Part shown: one piece after another, positions 29,745-39,882 of the stretch
Layout: each line of letters begins with the position of its first letter
Position numbering within the stretch: position 1 is the stretch's first letter
Origin: Ostreococcus lucimarinus
Taxonomy: Eukaryota
Reading direction: 5' to 3' (one strand)
Length of the DNA stretch: 64,000 bases
Assembly: GCA_000092065.1 (NCBI GenBank)
Contig: CP000581.1
The notes under the pieces: model-generated
The model's input: the letters and a program-made list of their open reading frames with translations, nothing else
The model's database searches: none
Told to the model about the DNA's origin: nothing
Translations under genes and position numbers: made by a program

Positions 29745-31916
29745 CTACACGTAATCAGACTCCGGGTGAGTGTCGAGGAAGAGAAGCTCTTGGTACGTCG
29801 CGAGAGTCCAATCTTCCGGCGGGCATCGGCCTTCGAATTCATCGATGACATCACGGATGGAAACCATGGTTTCGAGGCGCATCTTGCGAGCGATTTGAGC
29901 AGCCTTGTGTTCGTCAGACTCCGCAGCGGCGTGGATGGACGCGATGGCGCCCTTGAGTGTCTTGACGGCGTCGTTGAGCTTGCCCGGGTTACCCAGGTCG
30001 GCACGCTTGACGGAGGGGATCACGTGTTGGTTGATCATGTCGATCATCGTCAAAGCTTCCATCTCGACGCTACCGATGTAGTGGCCGAGGAGCACGGACT
30101 TGCGAGCTTCGCATTCTCTGGCGGAGAAGATACCCATCTTCTCAAAGAGGTCGACGTTCTTGGCGCTGTCGAGCTCGTTAATGGCGTCGCAACCAGCATC
30201 GATGCGCCACACACCGCGCTTAACGGCCTCATCCGGCCATTCCGGATCGTAACCGTTACCGTTGAAAACGCACTTGTCGTGCTTGGTCAACAAGTCTTGT
30301 GCGATGGAGAGCGCCTTGTCGCCCTTTTCGAGGCGGTCAGCAACGATACCAAACGCTTCGGCGGCGATGGTGTTCAACACCGTGTTGACCATGGCAACGT
30401 TTTGGGAAGAGCCGGCGGCGCGGAACTCGAAACGGTTACCACCGTACGGGAACGGAGAGGTACGGTTACGATCTTCGGCCGGCACTTCGATCGACGGGAT
30501 GCTGTCGGTGCCGAAGTTGAGCGGCTTCTTTTGCGGCGTGTACGTACCAAGGGTACCATTCTTCACGTTGTTCATGAACTCCGTGATGGACGGGCCGAGG
30601 TACGTGGACATAACAGCCGGCGGCGCTTCCATGGCGCCGAGACGGAAGTCGTTGCCCGGGGACGCGATGGCGAGGCGCATCAAGTCACCGTGCTTGTCGA
30701 TGGCGGAAACCATAGCGGCCATGACCAACGGGAAGATCTCAGCGTTGCCAGTCTTCGCGTTAACTTGCTTCGGGTTCATCAAGTTAAGCCCATCGGAGGT
30801 ACCGATAGACCAGTTGTTGTGCTTACCGGAACCGTTGATGCCGTCGAACGGTTTTTCTTGGAGAAGCGCCGCGAGGCCGTGCTCGGAGGCGACTTCTTCG
30901 ATGATTTGCATGATCATCAAGTTTTGGTCAACTTGCGAGATCGCGTTGCCGAACATCGGGGCGAACTCGTATTGGTTCGGCGCAACTTCACGGTGTCGAG
31001 TCTTCAACGGGATACCCATCTTGAAGCACTCTTGTTGGATTTGACGCATGCACTCGAACGCGGCGGTGGCGCGGGAGATCGGAGCCATGTAGTGGTCGCT
31101 CATCTCTTGGCCACGAGCCGGGAACTTACCGGTAATGGTACGGCCAGTGAATTGAAGATCCGGGCGGCGGTAGTACGCATGGCGCGGCACCAAGAAGATT
31201 TCTTGCTCCAAACCAATGTTGGCGTAGACGGAGGCGGAGCCGACGTCGTAGCCCATCGCCTTGAGCATGCGCTTCGTTTGCTTGTCCAAAGCGGTAGTGG
31301 CGCGGTGAAGCGGCGTCTTCTCGTCGAGGGCATCGCCGTTGTAAGAAACGAAACCGGCCGGGATGAACACGGTGTCTTCGCGCAAGAAGATCGGCGAAGA
31401 CGGGTCGATGGAAAGGTAACCGCCGGCGGTGTGCGTCGCGCGCATGCCGCCGTTCGGGTAAGAGGAACCATCCGTCTCCCCTTGGAGGAGCTGTTCGCCC
31501 GTGAAGGAGTAGAACGGGGTACCATCCGCCGCGAAATCAAACATAGACTGGTGCACTTGACCAGAGTTACCGTGACGCACACCCGAGGAGCCCATCGGTT
31601 GGAACCAGTGGCAGTACACCGAGGCGCCGTTGTCCACGGCCCAGTCGAGCACCGCCTTGGCGACGATATCCGCCTTCGCCATATCCTTGGTCCAGTTCCC
31701 GTTCGCGAGCAACGTCGCAGATTCGCCGTATTTACTCAAGTACTTGTCCGCGACCGCACCCTTGAAGCATCCAGACCCGAAACCTTCCGTCGTCGCCGGC
31801 CCCGAGCTCATGGACAACATCGCATTCACCCGCGATCCTCGCACGACGCGCGCCTTCTTCGCCTCACCGCGCAGCGCGCGCGCCTTCGGCGCCAGGTTCA
31901 CTTTTTGGCTCAACAT
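29745..31916 (-). CDS. glnN: Glutamine synthetase type III (GlnN-type, ~720 aa)
   Basis: 723-aa ORF, ATG 31916; length and blocks (MSDHYMAPISRATAAFECMRQIQQECFKMGIPLKTRHREVAPNQYEFAPMFG; NGSGKHNNWS; GPSITEFMNNVKNG; RTSPFPYGGNRFEFRAAGSSQN) match bacterial/diatom GSIII rather than the 350-aa GSII or 450-aa GSI. Confidence 0.85.
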   Translation of the reverse strand: MLSQKVNLAPKARALRGEAKKARVVRGSRVNAMLSMSSGPATTEGFGSGCFKGAVADKYLSKYGESATLLANGNWTKDMAKADIVAKAVLDWAVDNGASVYCHWFQPMGSSGVRHGNSGQVHQSMFDFAADGTPFYSFTGEQLLQGETDGSSYPNGGMRATHTAGGYLSIDPSSPIFLREDTVFIPAGFVSYNGDALDEKTPLHRATTALDKQTKRMLKAMGYDVGSASVYANIGLEQEIFLVPRHAYYRRPDLQFTGRTITGKFPARGQEMSDHYMAPISRATAAFECMRQIQQECFKMGIPLKTRHREVAPNQYEFAPMFGNAISQVDQNLMIMQIIEEVASEHGLAALLQEKPFDGINGSGKHNNWSIGTSDGLNLMNPKQVNAKTGNAEIFPLVMAAMVSAIDKHGDLMRLAIASPGNDFRLGAMEAPPAVMSTYLGPSITEFMNNVKNGTLGTYTPQKKPLNFGTDSIPSIEVPAEDRNRTSPFPYGGNRFEFRAAGSSQNVAMVNTVLNTIAAEAFGIVADRLEKGDKALSIAQDLLTKHDKCVFNGNGYDPEWPDEAVKRGVWRIDAGCDAINELDSAKNVDLFEKMGIFSARECEARKSVLLGHYIGSVEMEALTMIDMINQHVIPSVKRADLGNPGKLNDAVKTLKGAIASIHAAAESDEHKAAQIARKMRLETMVSIRDVIDEFEGRCPPEDWTLATYQELLFLDTHPESDYV

Positions 31917-32255
31917 CGACTATTTTCGCGCGCACCAGCGTCCGTCAGTCATCGCGCACGCCTCCGATGGGTTCGCCAACAATTACCCTCCCTCATCGAC
32001 CGGCGAGCAGTCGCATCGCGTTCGCGTCGTCATCGCGCGTTCGCGTCGTCGTCGACCGCGCGTCGCGTCGAGTCTCGCGTCGTCGCTCTCGCACCTGCTG
32101 CATGTTTCGTCGACGAACGCTCGGACGACGGGCGTCGAAATGCCGACACGCGCGCGCGATCGGACGCGATCGGACCTTTCGGGGTCGACACGACACGAGG
32201 GACTGTATGTTGAGTCACGATTCGTGGATATTTGCGTATAAAAATTCGAAATTGG

Positions 32256-35200
32256 CTAAGAAGGAAAAGAATTTTGCGTTTTGGACGCGGCCTGATTCGG
32301 ACGCGAGGGCGACGACGGGTGCGCGACGGCGGCGGCGCACTCGTGCACGGCGAGGGGAAGGCCGGGGAAGGTGAGCGTGACGTACGCGGCAAAAATCGCG
32401 CGACGTTGATCGCGAGTGTAGGAACGCGCGGAGGCGTCGAGATCGACGCCGAAAGGCAGGGCGTCGGCGTCGGCGAGCTTGCGAAGAAGCGGGGCGAGCT
32501 CCTTGTTGGTCTCGGGCGGGTGCTCGTGGACGTTTCGGCAGAATCTTAAGAGATCAGCGAAGCCAGCGCGGTAGGGCTTGGTGCTTTGCTCCGAAGATTG
32601 ACCTCGCGGCGGTTTTTGCTTGTGGTTGTTGGCGTCCGACGAGTGCGGGACGCCGTCGCCGTTTCGCTGCGCAAAGTTTACCACGCGCGACAAGAGGGCT
32701 GGTTCGATTTGACGTTGCCAATCTTGGAGGTCCATGGATACCGCGGCGAGAAGTGCGCCTCGTTCGCTGTCACCGCCCAAGAGCGCTTTTGTGTTGACAC
32801 TCTGAAGCACGCTCGTCAGGCTGGTTTGTAGCTTGGCGGATCCCGCGTGCAGGTCGCTCAAGTTTTCAAGGACGGTGTCGTCGTCCCACAGCAGTGGATG
32901 ATTCAGTACTCCTTCTGCCGTCGGCCGCATCGCCGGGTTGGGCGATAACATCGCCGAAAGCAAATGGCGCGCCTCAATCGCGCGTCTGGGCGGCATGTCG
33001 TTTGCATTCATGAGTCGTTGTAAGTTGTAACGACCGTTGAGAATCTCGTCGTCGCTCGGCTTCACATTCGGGTCTTCACCAAATGGAGAGTTGAACCCGG
33101 TGAGGACGTAAAAGAACACGACACCCATCGCCCAAATATCCGCCGCGGGTGTCAAGGGCTTTCGAGCCAAGATTTCGGGCGCACGCCCGGCCAAGACGAT
33201 GGAGATGCCGTACTTGCTGAACGTACCCAACGAGTATTGATCAGAGTCGCCCTCTTCTTTGCGAAGTCGCACGCCGAGACCGACGTCGGCGATTTTTACC
33301 TTGCCATTTGAAGTCACAAGCAAGTTTTCTGGCTTCAAATCGTTATGTGTGATGCACCCTTGCGTCTTGCCGTCGTCGTGAAGCCATGCGATGCCTTCGG
33401 CGACGCCTTTCAGCAACTTGATTCGTTTCGCCGCCAAGAGATTCGGCTGGCGCGCGATGTGCTCGCGAAGCGACTCTGGACAGAGCTCTTGTGCGATGAA
33501 GACGTTAGAACTCGTGATACCCCAGCAGTGGAAGAACGGAACCAATGGTGACTGATTGAGTGCCGTCATCAACTCGACTTCGCGTTCGACGAGTTGCACG
33601 AGATCACGACCCTTCTCGCCAGGCGGGCGCGCGATTCTTTTGACTGCAACGGCGTGCCTTGCACGCGAAGTGTGTCTAACGTATCCTCGAAAAACGTAAG
33701 TACCCGCGCTGCCGACACCGATGACTTCTTCCTCGTTATAAATGATGCTTTCGCCGACGCGACGCCAGCCACTCGTGCCGTCCGACGTATCATCCGTCAT
33801 TTCCCCGACACCATCTTCGTCCGGCACCGCGTTCGCCCACGCGAGTTTAACGTCTTCGAAGTCTTCACTGTCACTGCTTGCCATAAGTTCGGTTTCAGCA
33901 GATTCGAACAACGGACCACGCACGCCGTTGTCTCGGCCTGCGAACCGTACAGGCTTTTTTGAGCTCATTCCAGACATCTTTGGAGTCGAAGACTTTGATG
34001 GCTTCACCAACCCACTTGCCGCATTCGCCATGCGTTGAATCTGTTCATGTTCGGCTTGCGTAATATCCAAGCTTTCTCTCAGCGTGAGTAGCATTTGTGC
34101 GCTTTCAGGAGTGACCGTGCCGGTGGCCCACGCGACTTTGCTCGCCGCGAAATACGCGCGCAAACGCTGGTCACCACCTTCGAGCGCAGATTCGGCTTCT
34201 AACTCGCTCAGCACAGCTTTTGCTCGACGCATATCAACGTCCGTCGACTCTGGGTCGCGTTGTGACTCTTCGAGCGCTAACCGAAGTTCAGTTCGACTTC
34301 TACTCAAAATAGCCGTCTCCAAACGTTCAAGACGTCGCCACCTCACGAGGACTCGTTCAGCTTTTTCAATCAATTCATCCAATTGCCACGGCCAAGCAGA
34401 AGAACGCGCCCTAGATAGGGCTGATTCTAGCACTTTGACATCTTCGGACGTGATCCCACCGACGGCTTGATCGATTCCATTTGCCGACGGCCTCATCGCT
34501 TCGAGAAGCGCCGCGCGAGCACCCTCCATGTCTTGTAGCGCGGTTGCTCGACTCTGCACTCGACTCACGAGAGTGTTCAGCTTTGCGGCGCCTTCTTGCG
34601 TCAGTGGCGGACCGTTCGATGCAAGCTTAGCCGCCTGTAGCAATAAATTCTCCAACCTAGGCACAGATTCCACGCTCCTACTCGTCTCATCCGCTAGAGC
34701 AGCGCGTAAATCCGATTCAAGCGCGTCGGCGCGCAAAGCGCGTTCGGCTCCAATGACCGCCGCTGTCAAAGCGCTTCGCGCGCTTTTCTTCTTCTTGCTA
34801 CCGCCTTCATCAGCGATGGAGTCTATGACAGCGGCAAACGGATCGGGGTCGTAGGACATAGACGCCGCCGCTTCGTCAACGTCGTCGAACTCATCCAGGC
34901 TCGATTGCACGTCCTCTGCGACGTCTGTCGCGTTACCTAAGAACTGTTCAGCCCGTGCGTAAGTCGCTTGCAAAGCCTGAACATCCATAGGAACCTGCAA
35001 ACACGCTGCTCGTAAGGCATTCGCGAGCGCCAACTCTTCGGCCGCGCTCGCCTTACTACGAATGTCTCTCATTAACTTTTCGCCTTCATCCTGCATGGCG
35101 CCGAGCGCGCGTGCTTCTTTGAGCGCTTCCTCGAGAACGATAAGAGCACGACCTTGGGGGTCGGTTTGCGCCGCTTCAAACGCCCGGAGTACACTTTTTC

Positions 35201-36338
35201 TAGCCTGCACGCGTTTCACCGATCGACCGAGGAGAATCTTCGTGCGACCCTCCATGAGGGTCTTGAGCCGTTCCTTCTCCACATTACGCGCCTTGCCCGT
35301 CTTCACGGACACCGCAAGTGAGTTGTCCAACCACAACGTGAGCTGCACAAATGGGACTTCTTTTTCGAGCAACAGTTCAACAGTGTTGACCATGGCTTCG
35401 CCGTCGGATTCAGCCGCATCTTCGTCCCCAGGGGCGGAAATATTCAACAACATGACGAGCTTCTTGTGCCCTTTTCGCCGTTTTGCATATAGCTCGCTCG
35501 TTTCGTTTTCCCAAATCCCCTCTCGCGAGTACGTGACGAGCTCGTACGGATTATCGGGCCAGAGCCGAGCGAACACCGTTCGTAAATCTCCCATCGTCGC
35601 ACACTGTGGTAACAAGACGTAAATCTTACTCTTTAGCGCTGCTTGTTCGTCTGCCGAGCCGCTCCCCACACGCATTCCACCCGCCGCCGCCAACGCACTT
35701 GTCACCATTAGCACCGTCCGAAGCGTCAAAGCCGTCGTCGGTTGCGTCCAATGGTCCCAAGTCGGCAACATCACCGGCATCTCAGCCGTCGCGTTCCCAG
35801 GATTCTCCACGCTCCGTCCCGCCGCCAACGCCTTGGTCGAGGTTGGAAACGTCGTCGCCGCCCGCAACGACGGCACCGGCACGTGCATCGCCACGCTCGG
35901 CGTTTCGCCGACCACGAGCTTATTCGCCGGAAAGCTCGTCACCTCATTCACGATGACATCCGTCACCTCTTTTACGACCAGCGTCGTCGACGTCTCGCCG
36001 CCGAGGTGCCAACGCACGACGGCTTCGAGCGCGTCCATCTTCGACCCAGGCGCGACGCTCGGTGGCGCCGGCGCTTGGTACACCGTCACCAGCGACGACG
36101 CGCGCCGAACGAAGCCCTCGATCGGGGCCATCCAATCGTTCATCGCCTCACCGGCGCGCGCGCCGTCGTCGTCGTCGTCCGTCTTGGCTGTCCGCCGCAC
36201 CGACGTCGACGTCGACCGACGCGTCGCGCCCGCGCGTCGCCGCGCGCGCGCCGTCGCGCCCGCACCGCGCGCCGTCGGCGTCGTCGACGTCGACGACGAC
36301 GCCGCGCCGTGCGACGCCGCGCGCGCGCAGGGCGTCAT
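32256..36338 (-). CDS. IRE1/RNase L-family protein: long coiled-coil-rich N-terminal region + Ser/Thr kinase-like domain + C-terminal KEN endoribonuclease domain
   Basis: ORF 32256..36905 overlaps the + strand UMP-CMP kinase gene above ~36680, so start placed at in-frame ATG 36336-36338 (alternative 36143). Kinase: GVGSAGTYVFRG, AVAVKRI, ITHNDLKPENLLV (HRD->HND), KIADVGLG (DFG->DVG). KEN: HPLLWDDDTVLENLSDL ~ IRE1 HPFFW..; DLQDWQRQIEPALLSRV; YRAGFADLLRFCRNVHEHPPETNKEL ~ human IRE1 [27 protein letters not shown]; FGVDL...TFPGLPLAVHE ~ FVCYFTSRFPHLLAHT. No signal peptide, no TM, no lumenal beta-propeller. Confidence 0.7.
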   Translation of the reverse strand: MTPCARAASHGAASSSTSTTPTARGAGATARARRRAGATRRSTSTSVRRTAKTDDDDDGARAGEAMNDWMAPIEGFVRRASSLVTVYQAPAPPSVAPGSKMDALEAVVRWHLGGETSTTLVVKEVTDVIVNEVTSFPANKLVVGETPSVAMHVPVPSLRAATTFPTSTKALAAGRSVENPGNATAEMPVMLPTWDHWTQPTTALTLRTVLMVTSALAAAGGMRVGSGSADEQAALKSKIYVLLPQCATMGDLRTVFARLWPDNPYELVTYSREGIWENETSELYAKRRKGHKKLVMLLNISAPGDEDAAESDGEAMVNTVELLLEKEVPFVQLTLWLDNSLAVSVKTGKARNVEKERLKTLMEGRTKILLGRSVKRVQARKSVLRAFEAAQTDPQGRALIVLEEALKEARALGAMQDEGEKLMRDIRSKASAAEELALANALRAACLQVPMDVQALQATYARAEQFLGNATDVAEDVQSSLDEFDDVDEAAASMSYDPDPFAAVIDSIADEGGSKKKKSARSALTAAVIGAERALRADALESDLRAALADETSRSVESVPRLENLLLQAAKLASNGPPLTQEGAAKLNTLVSRVQSRATALQDMEGARAALLEAMRPSANGIDQAVGGITSEDVKVLESALSRARSSAWPWQLDELIEKAERVLVRWRRLERLETAILSRSRTELRLALEESQRDPESTDVDMRRAKAVLSELEAESALEGGDQRLRAYFAASKVAWATGTVTPESAQMLLTLRESLDITQAEHEQIQRMANAASGLVKPSKSSTPKMSGMSSKKPVRFAGRDNGVRGPLFESAETELMASSDSEDFEDVKLAWANAVPDEDGVGEMTDDTSDGTSGWRRVGESIIYNEEEVIGVGSAGTYVFRGYVRHTSRARHAVAVKRIARPPGEKGRDLVQLVEREVELMTALNQSPLVPFFHCWGITSSNVFIAQELCPESLREHIARQPNLLAAKRIKLLKGVAEGIAWLHDDGKTQGCITHNDLKPENLLVTSNGKVKIADVGLGVRLRKEEGDSDQYSLGTFSKYGISIVLAGRAPEILARKPLTPAADIWAMGVVFFYVLTGFNSPFGEDPNVKPSDDEILNGRYNLQRLMNANDMPPRRAIEARHLLSAMLSPNPAMRPTAEGVLNHPLLWDDDTVLENLSDLHAGSAKLQTSLTSVLQSVNTKALLGGDSERGALLAAVSMDLQDWQRQIEPALLSRVVNFAQRNGDGVPHSSDANNHKQKPPRGQSSEQSTKPYRAGFADLLRFCRNVHEHPPETNKELAPLLRKLADADALPFGVDLDASARSYTRDQRRAIFAAYVTLTFPGLPLAVHECAAAVAHPSSPSRPNQAASKTQNSFPS

Positions 36339-36678
36339 CGTCGCGGTCGCGCGTCGGTGTGTACCGAACACAGCGACGCGCGAACGCGAAAGATGTTCCG
36401 ACGATGCGCAACGACCGCGGCTCGAGAGCTCGCGCGGGCGCGCCAACGCGCGAAAGCGATCGCGGTGCGCGCGTTGAAGCGTCGAACGCGCGCGAACGCG
36501 ACGCACGCGAACGCGTGAAGGGGAATGATTGAAAGACACGGGGACGCGCGGACGTTCGATCGACGACGACTGACGACGCTGACGGCGCGCGATGCGCGAT
36601 GCGTGGACGCAGGAGAGCGCGACGAGCGCGATGGTATCGATCGATGCGCCGATGGGGTCATCGGGGCGGGCGTGGGTG

Positions 36679-37398
36679 ATGATGCCGCGAACAGCGAGGC
36701 TGGCGGCGACGACGACGTTCGCGAGCGCGGCGGCGTTCGCGGCGTCGGCGACGTCTGCGGCGTGCATGGGCGCGAGTGAGACTAAAGTCGCGAGCGGTGA
36801 GGACGGTGATGCGAATGTGAAGGAAGCGAAGCCGACGGGGACGCCGACGGTGGTTTTCGTGCTCGGCGGTCCGGGCGCGGGGAAGGGAACGCAGTGCGCG
36901 AACATCGTTCGCGACTACGCCTTCGTGCACTTGTCCGCAGGAGACTTGCTCCGCGCGCACATGAAAAGCGGGAGCAAAGATGGAAATATGGTGGCAGAGA
37001 TGATAAAACAAGGTCAGATCGTGCCGAGCGAGGTGACGGTCAATTTGCTCTTGGAAGCGATGCGCGCTAGCGGAAAGGATCGATTTTTAATCGATGGGTT
37101 CCCGCGAAACAAGGAAAATCGCGATGCGTGGGAAACGACCGCGGGCTTCGATTGCGATTTTGTTCTATTTTTCGACTGCCCAGAGGAAGTCATGACAGAG
37201 CGTTTACTCGGCCGTAACGAGGGTCGAACGGACGACAACATTGATACCATCAAGAAGCGTTTCAAGACGTTTCGCGAGAGTTCCATGCCGGTGATCAACT
37301 ACTACGACAGCTTGAACAAGGTTTGCAGCGTCAACAGCGACCAATCGCCCGAAGATGTGTACGCGCAAACTAAAGAGTATTTCTCGAAGTTCGCTTGA
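36679..37398 (+). CDS. UMP-CMP kinase (adenylate kinase family) with organellar-type presequence
   Basis: ORF 36592.. overlaps kinase-KEN gene; ATG-ATG at 36679 ([29 protein letters not shown] presequence; alt ATG 36766). [37 protein letters not shown] (P-loop), [27 protein letters not shown]...[17 protein letters not shown]. Confidence 0.8.
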   Translation: MMPRTARLAATTTFASAAAFAASATSAACMGASETKVASGEDGDANVKEAKPTGTPTVVFVLGGPGAGKGTQCANIVRDYAFVHLSAGDLLRAHMKSGSKDGNMVAEMIKQGQIVPSEVTVNLLLEAMRASGKDRFLIDGFPRNKENRDAWETTAGFDCDFVLFFDCPEEVMTERLLGRNEGRTDDNIDTIKKRFKTFRESSMPVINYYDSLNKVCSVNSDQSPEDVYAQTKEYFSKFA

Positions 37399-37512
37399 TC
37401 GTCGTTTATTTATAGCTCATCGGCAGCTACGAGTTGTAAGTGCAGAACGAAGAAATATGAAGACGTATCCGAGCTAATATTACACAGGTTGCGCCATCGT
37501 GCTTGCAGTTTG

Positions 37513-39336
37513 TCAATCAACTTTTCGCGATGCGCGAGCTGACCAACCGATCGGCCCGAAAGAGTTCTTGTTTGGCGCTACGCGTTGCTCTCGCGGGTTG
37601 CTTACTTCTAATTCAGCGACAAACTGACCATGTTCCGAAGTCTTGATGCGCGAGTCGGGCAGCTTCCAACCTCTCGCGATGAAGGCGCGCAACTCAGGCC
37701 CTGAAAACTGAGTTTTCAGACGACTATTACGGTCCCTGGGCGGTAGGGCGTCGTCGTCGCGCTCGAGACCTTTGGCGATGAACTCTGCGCGATTTTTCCA
37801 GCTCTTGGCGAGTTCAGCTTGCACGGCGACTTCCCGCGCGAATCTATCATGCTCTCGCGTATCAAAGGACGACAAATGCGCAATTTCCTTCTTGAGGGCC
37901 TCGATTTCTAAGTTTTTCGCGTTCAAGACTTTGTTCAGGTCGTCAACTTTGCTGCTCGTCTCCGCCATGACGAGCTCTATTTTCTTTTCGCCGAACGTTC
38001 GGGTTTCTTGCGCTTGGGCAATGCTTTCCTTCACCTTACGTTCAGCCATGTGTTCGGAGCTCTCTGCTTCGGCTTTGGACTTCGACGCGGATTTCACATT
38101 ATCGGATACAATCGAACGAAGTTGTTTTATCTCCTCATTCTGCGCCGTAACTTGCTCCTGAAGTGATACAATGATTTCAGTCGCTTTTGTCTTGGCGGCG
38201 GTGAGCGTAGCGTATTCCTCCAAAATTTCGTTCTGGCGGAAGAGCTGAGACTCTGCGGTCTCGGCACGAACGACAGCGGCAGAGATGAGCTGCTCACTCG
38301 TACGTTTCTGCTCTTCGGCGCGCTCTTCCGCTGCCTTTTGCGCGATTCTGGCGTTTTTGACGGCCAACTCGGACGATTCCTTCGCATTCTCGATGCGTTT
38401 GCTGATGGTTTGTTCTGTTTGCGTGATTTTGGATTCGGCTAGCGTAGCGCGCGTGATGGCTTCCGTCGCCCGAATGGTCATGTCTTCTACTGTAGCCATC
38501 AGCGCGAAGATTTCTTGCTCCTTGGCGGTGAGAGTATTCTCCAACGTGTTCTTCTCGTCGCGGGTGGTCTCAAACTGGGTCATGTAAGTTCTGAGTGCCT
38601 CATTTTGTTCCTCGAGTGCCGTGATATTGTCCGTCAGCGCCGTAATCTTCGCACTCTCCGCCTCCATGGCGCTCTCGTGCGACGCTTCCCACATCGCAAT
38701 TTGGTCCTTCGTCTCTGCTTGCACCGTCGCCTCAAGCTTCTTCATGAGCTTGGCTGCGGCTTCCGCTTGTTCCGTCGCGAGCTTTTGCGCCGAGTCGGCA
38801 TCTTGCCGAAATCTTGTGATTTTCTGCTGCTGTTCCGCGTCCAAAGCCTTGCGTACTCGACGTTCGATCTCGCCTTCAACTTGAGCGTACATCTGAGCGC
38901 GAGCGCCTTCGAGACTTTCCATCGCCTTGACTTTAACGCGTTCAATCTCAATACGGAGCGCCACATTTTCATCACGCACGCCGTCGATTGTCGCAGTCAA
39001 CGCGCTCTCCAGCTGCTTCTTATCCATCATCACCTGATCGAGCAACACCGACAGCGCCTTGTTCCTTCGTTCAAGCGTCTGCGACTCGTCGCTTGCCACC
39101 TCCAACTTTCTCATCGCGTCAATCTCGCTCATCGTGCTCTGCTCCCACGCCTCGTCCATCGCGTTGGAATCCATGGGCACCCTGGACGTCGTCTCCGCCG
39201 ATTCCTCGCGCGAACGTCGCGCGGCGCTCCAACCTCGCCGGCGTCCCACAGTCCCCGGCGCCATCTTTCCGGTTGCTTTCGTCCTATTGCGCGATCCGAC
39301 CGCGCGCGCGCCGTGCAATTCCATTTTGCGCATCAT
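37513..39336 (-). CDS. Long coiled-coil protein (607 aa), possibly cytoskeletal/flagellar-associated; lower GC than flanks
   Basis: ATG-ATG at 39336; almost entirely E/K/A/Q/L-rich heptad-like sequence (LEEQNEALRTYMTQFETTRDEKNTLENTLTAKEQEIFALMATVEDMTIRATEA...); globular C-terminal ~70 aa (FSGPELRAFIARGWKLPDSRIKTSEHGQFVAELEVSNPREQ). No family recognised. Confidence 0.5.
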   Translation of the reverse strand: MMRKMELHGARAVGSRNRTKATGKMAPGTVGRRRGWSAARRSREESAETTSRVPMDSNAMDEAWEQSTMSEIDAMRKLEVASDESQTLERRNKALSVLLDQVMMDKKQLESALTATIDGVRDENVALRIEIERVKVKAMESLEGARAQMYAQVEGEIERRVRKALDAEQQQKITRFRQDADSAQKLATEQAEAAAKLMKKLEATVQAETKDQIAMWEASHESAMEAESAKITALTDNITALEEQNEALRTYMTQFETTRDEKNTLENTLTAKEQEIFALMATVEDMTIRATEAITRATLAESKITQTEQTISKRIENAKESSELAVKNARIAQKAAEERAEEQKRTSEQLISAAVVRAETAESQLFRQNEILEEYATLTAAKTKATEIIVSLQEQVTAQNEEIKQLRSIVSDNVKSASKSKAEAESSEHMAERKVKESIAQAQETRTFGEKKIELVMAETSSKVDDLNKVLNAKNLEIEALKKEIAHLSSFDTREHDRFAREVAVQAELAKSWKNRAEFIAKGLERDDDALPPRDRNSRLKTQFSGPELRAFIARGWKLPDSRIKTSEHGQFVAELEVSNPREQRVAPNKNSFGPIGWSARASRKVD

Positions 39337-39882
39337 GTTTCCCCCTCGCGCGCGTGCTCACGTCGCGAGCACGCCTCGCTCGCGCGCACGGCGTCAAAGA
39401 AAGCGCACAACACCCGATTTGGATGAATCCGCTTTTCGTCGACGACGGGTCGCGCGCTCCGAACGGGTCGCGCGCGCGTCGACAACGCGACGAGCGATTC
39501 GCGGGTTATTCGACCGCGCGCGTTCGCGCCGTTCGCGACGACGCGAGGGCGATGCGCGGCGCGTTGTGTCGCGCGCCGGCGTGCCAGCGTTGGCAGCCAC
39601 CGGTCGGTCGGTCGGTCGGTTACTAGATATTTTAGGTGTGAGGTGTGATCTCTGAGTTGGCGCGCTTCTTCTTCTTTGGTACGACGAGTGTTGGCTGCGC
39701 TGTATGAGTGATATTAAATACGAAGAATCTAAGCGCGCGCGCGACGACGCGCGCGCGAGGGTGGCGATGGGGAAGTCGCGCGGTGATCAAACGACCTGCG
39801 CGGCGAGGACGGCGAGGCGTCAGTGTCCGAGTCGAACGCCGACGGCGATTTCACTACGGGCGCTCGGCGAGAGCGCGTGCGT

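Noticed and set aside
29724-32213. 829-aa plus-strand ORF, plus other very long antisense ORFs (50312..51907, 15181..16551, 22847..24409, 20169..21263, 9514..10320)
   Set aside because: Each lies exactly antisense to a well-supported conserved gene (GSIII, nucleoporin, FtsH, DEAD-box helicase etc.) and translates to low-complexity R/A/P/G-rich sequence. With GC-biased sense codon usage the codons that create antisense stops (TTA/CTA/TCA) are rare, so antisense frames stay open by chance.
32230-32250. TATAAAA motif as a TATA box
   Set aside because: It lies just downstream of the kinase-KEN stop codon and >300 bp from the GSIII ATG on the wrong side for a core promoter. It is more likely part of an AT-rich 3'-UTR/polyadenylation region; scattered TGTAA motifs (37440, 16855) fit a chlorophyte poly(A) signal but are too short to call individually.
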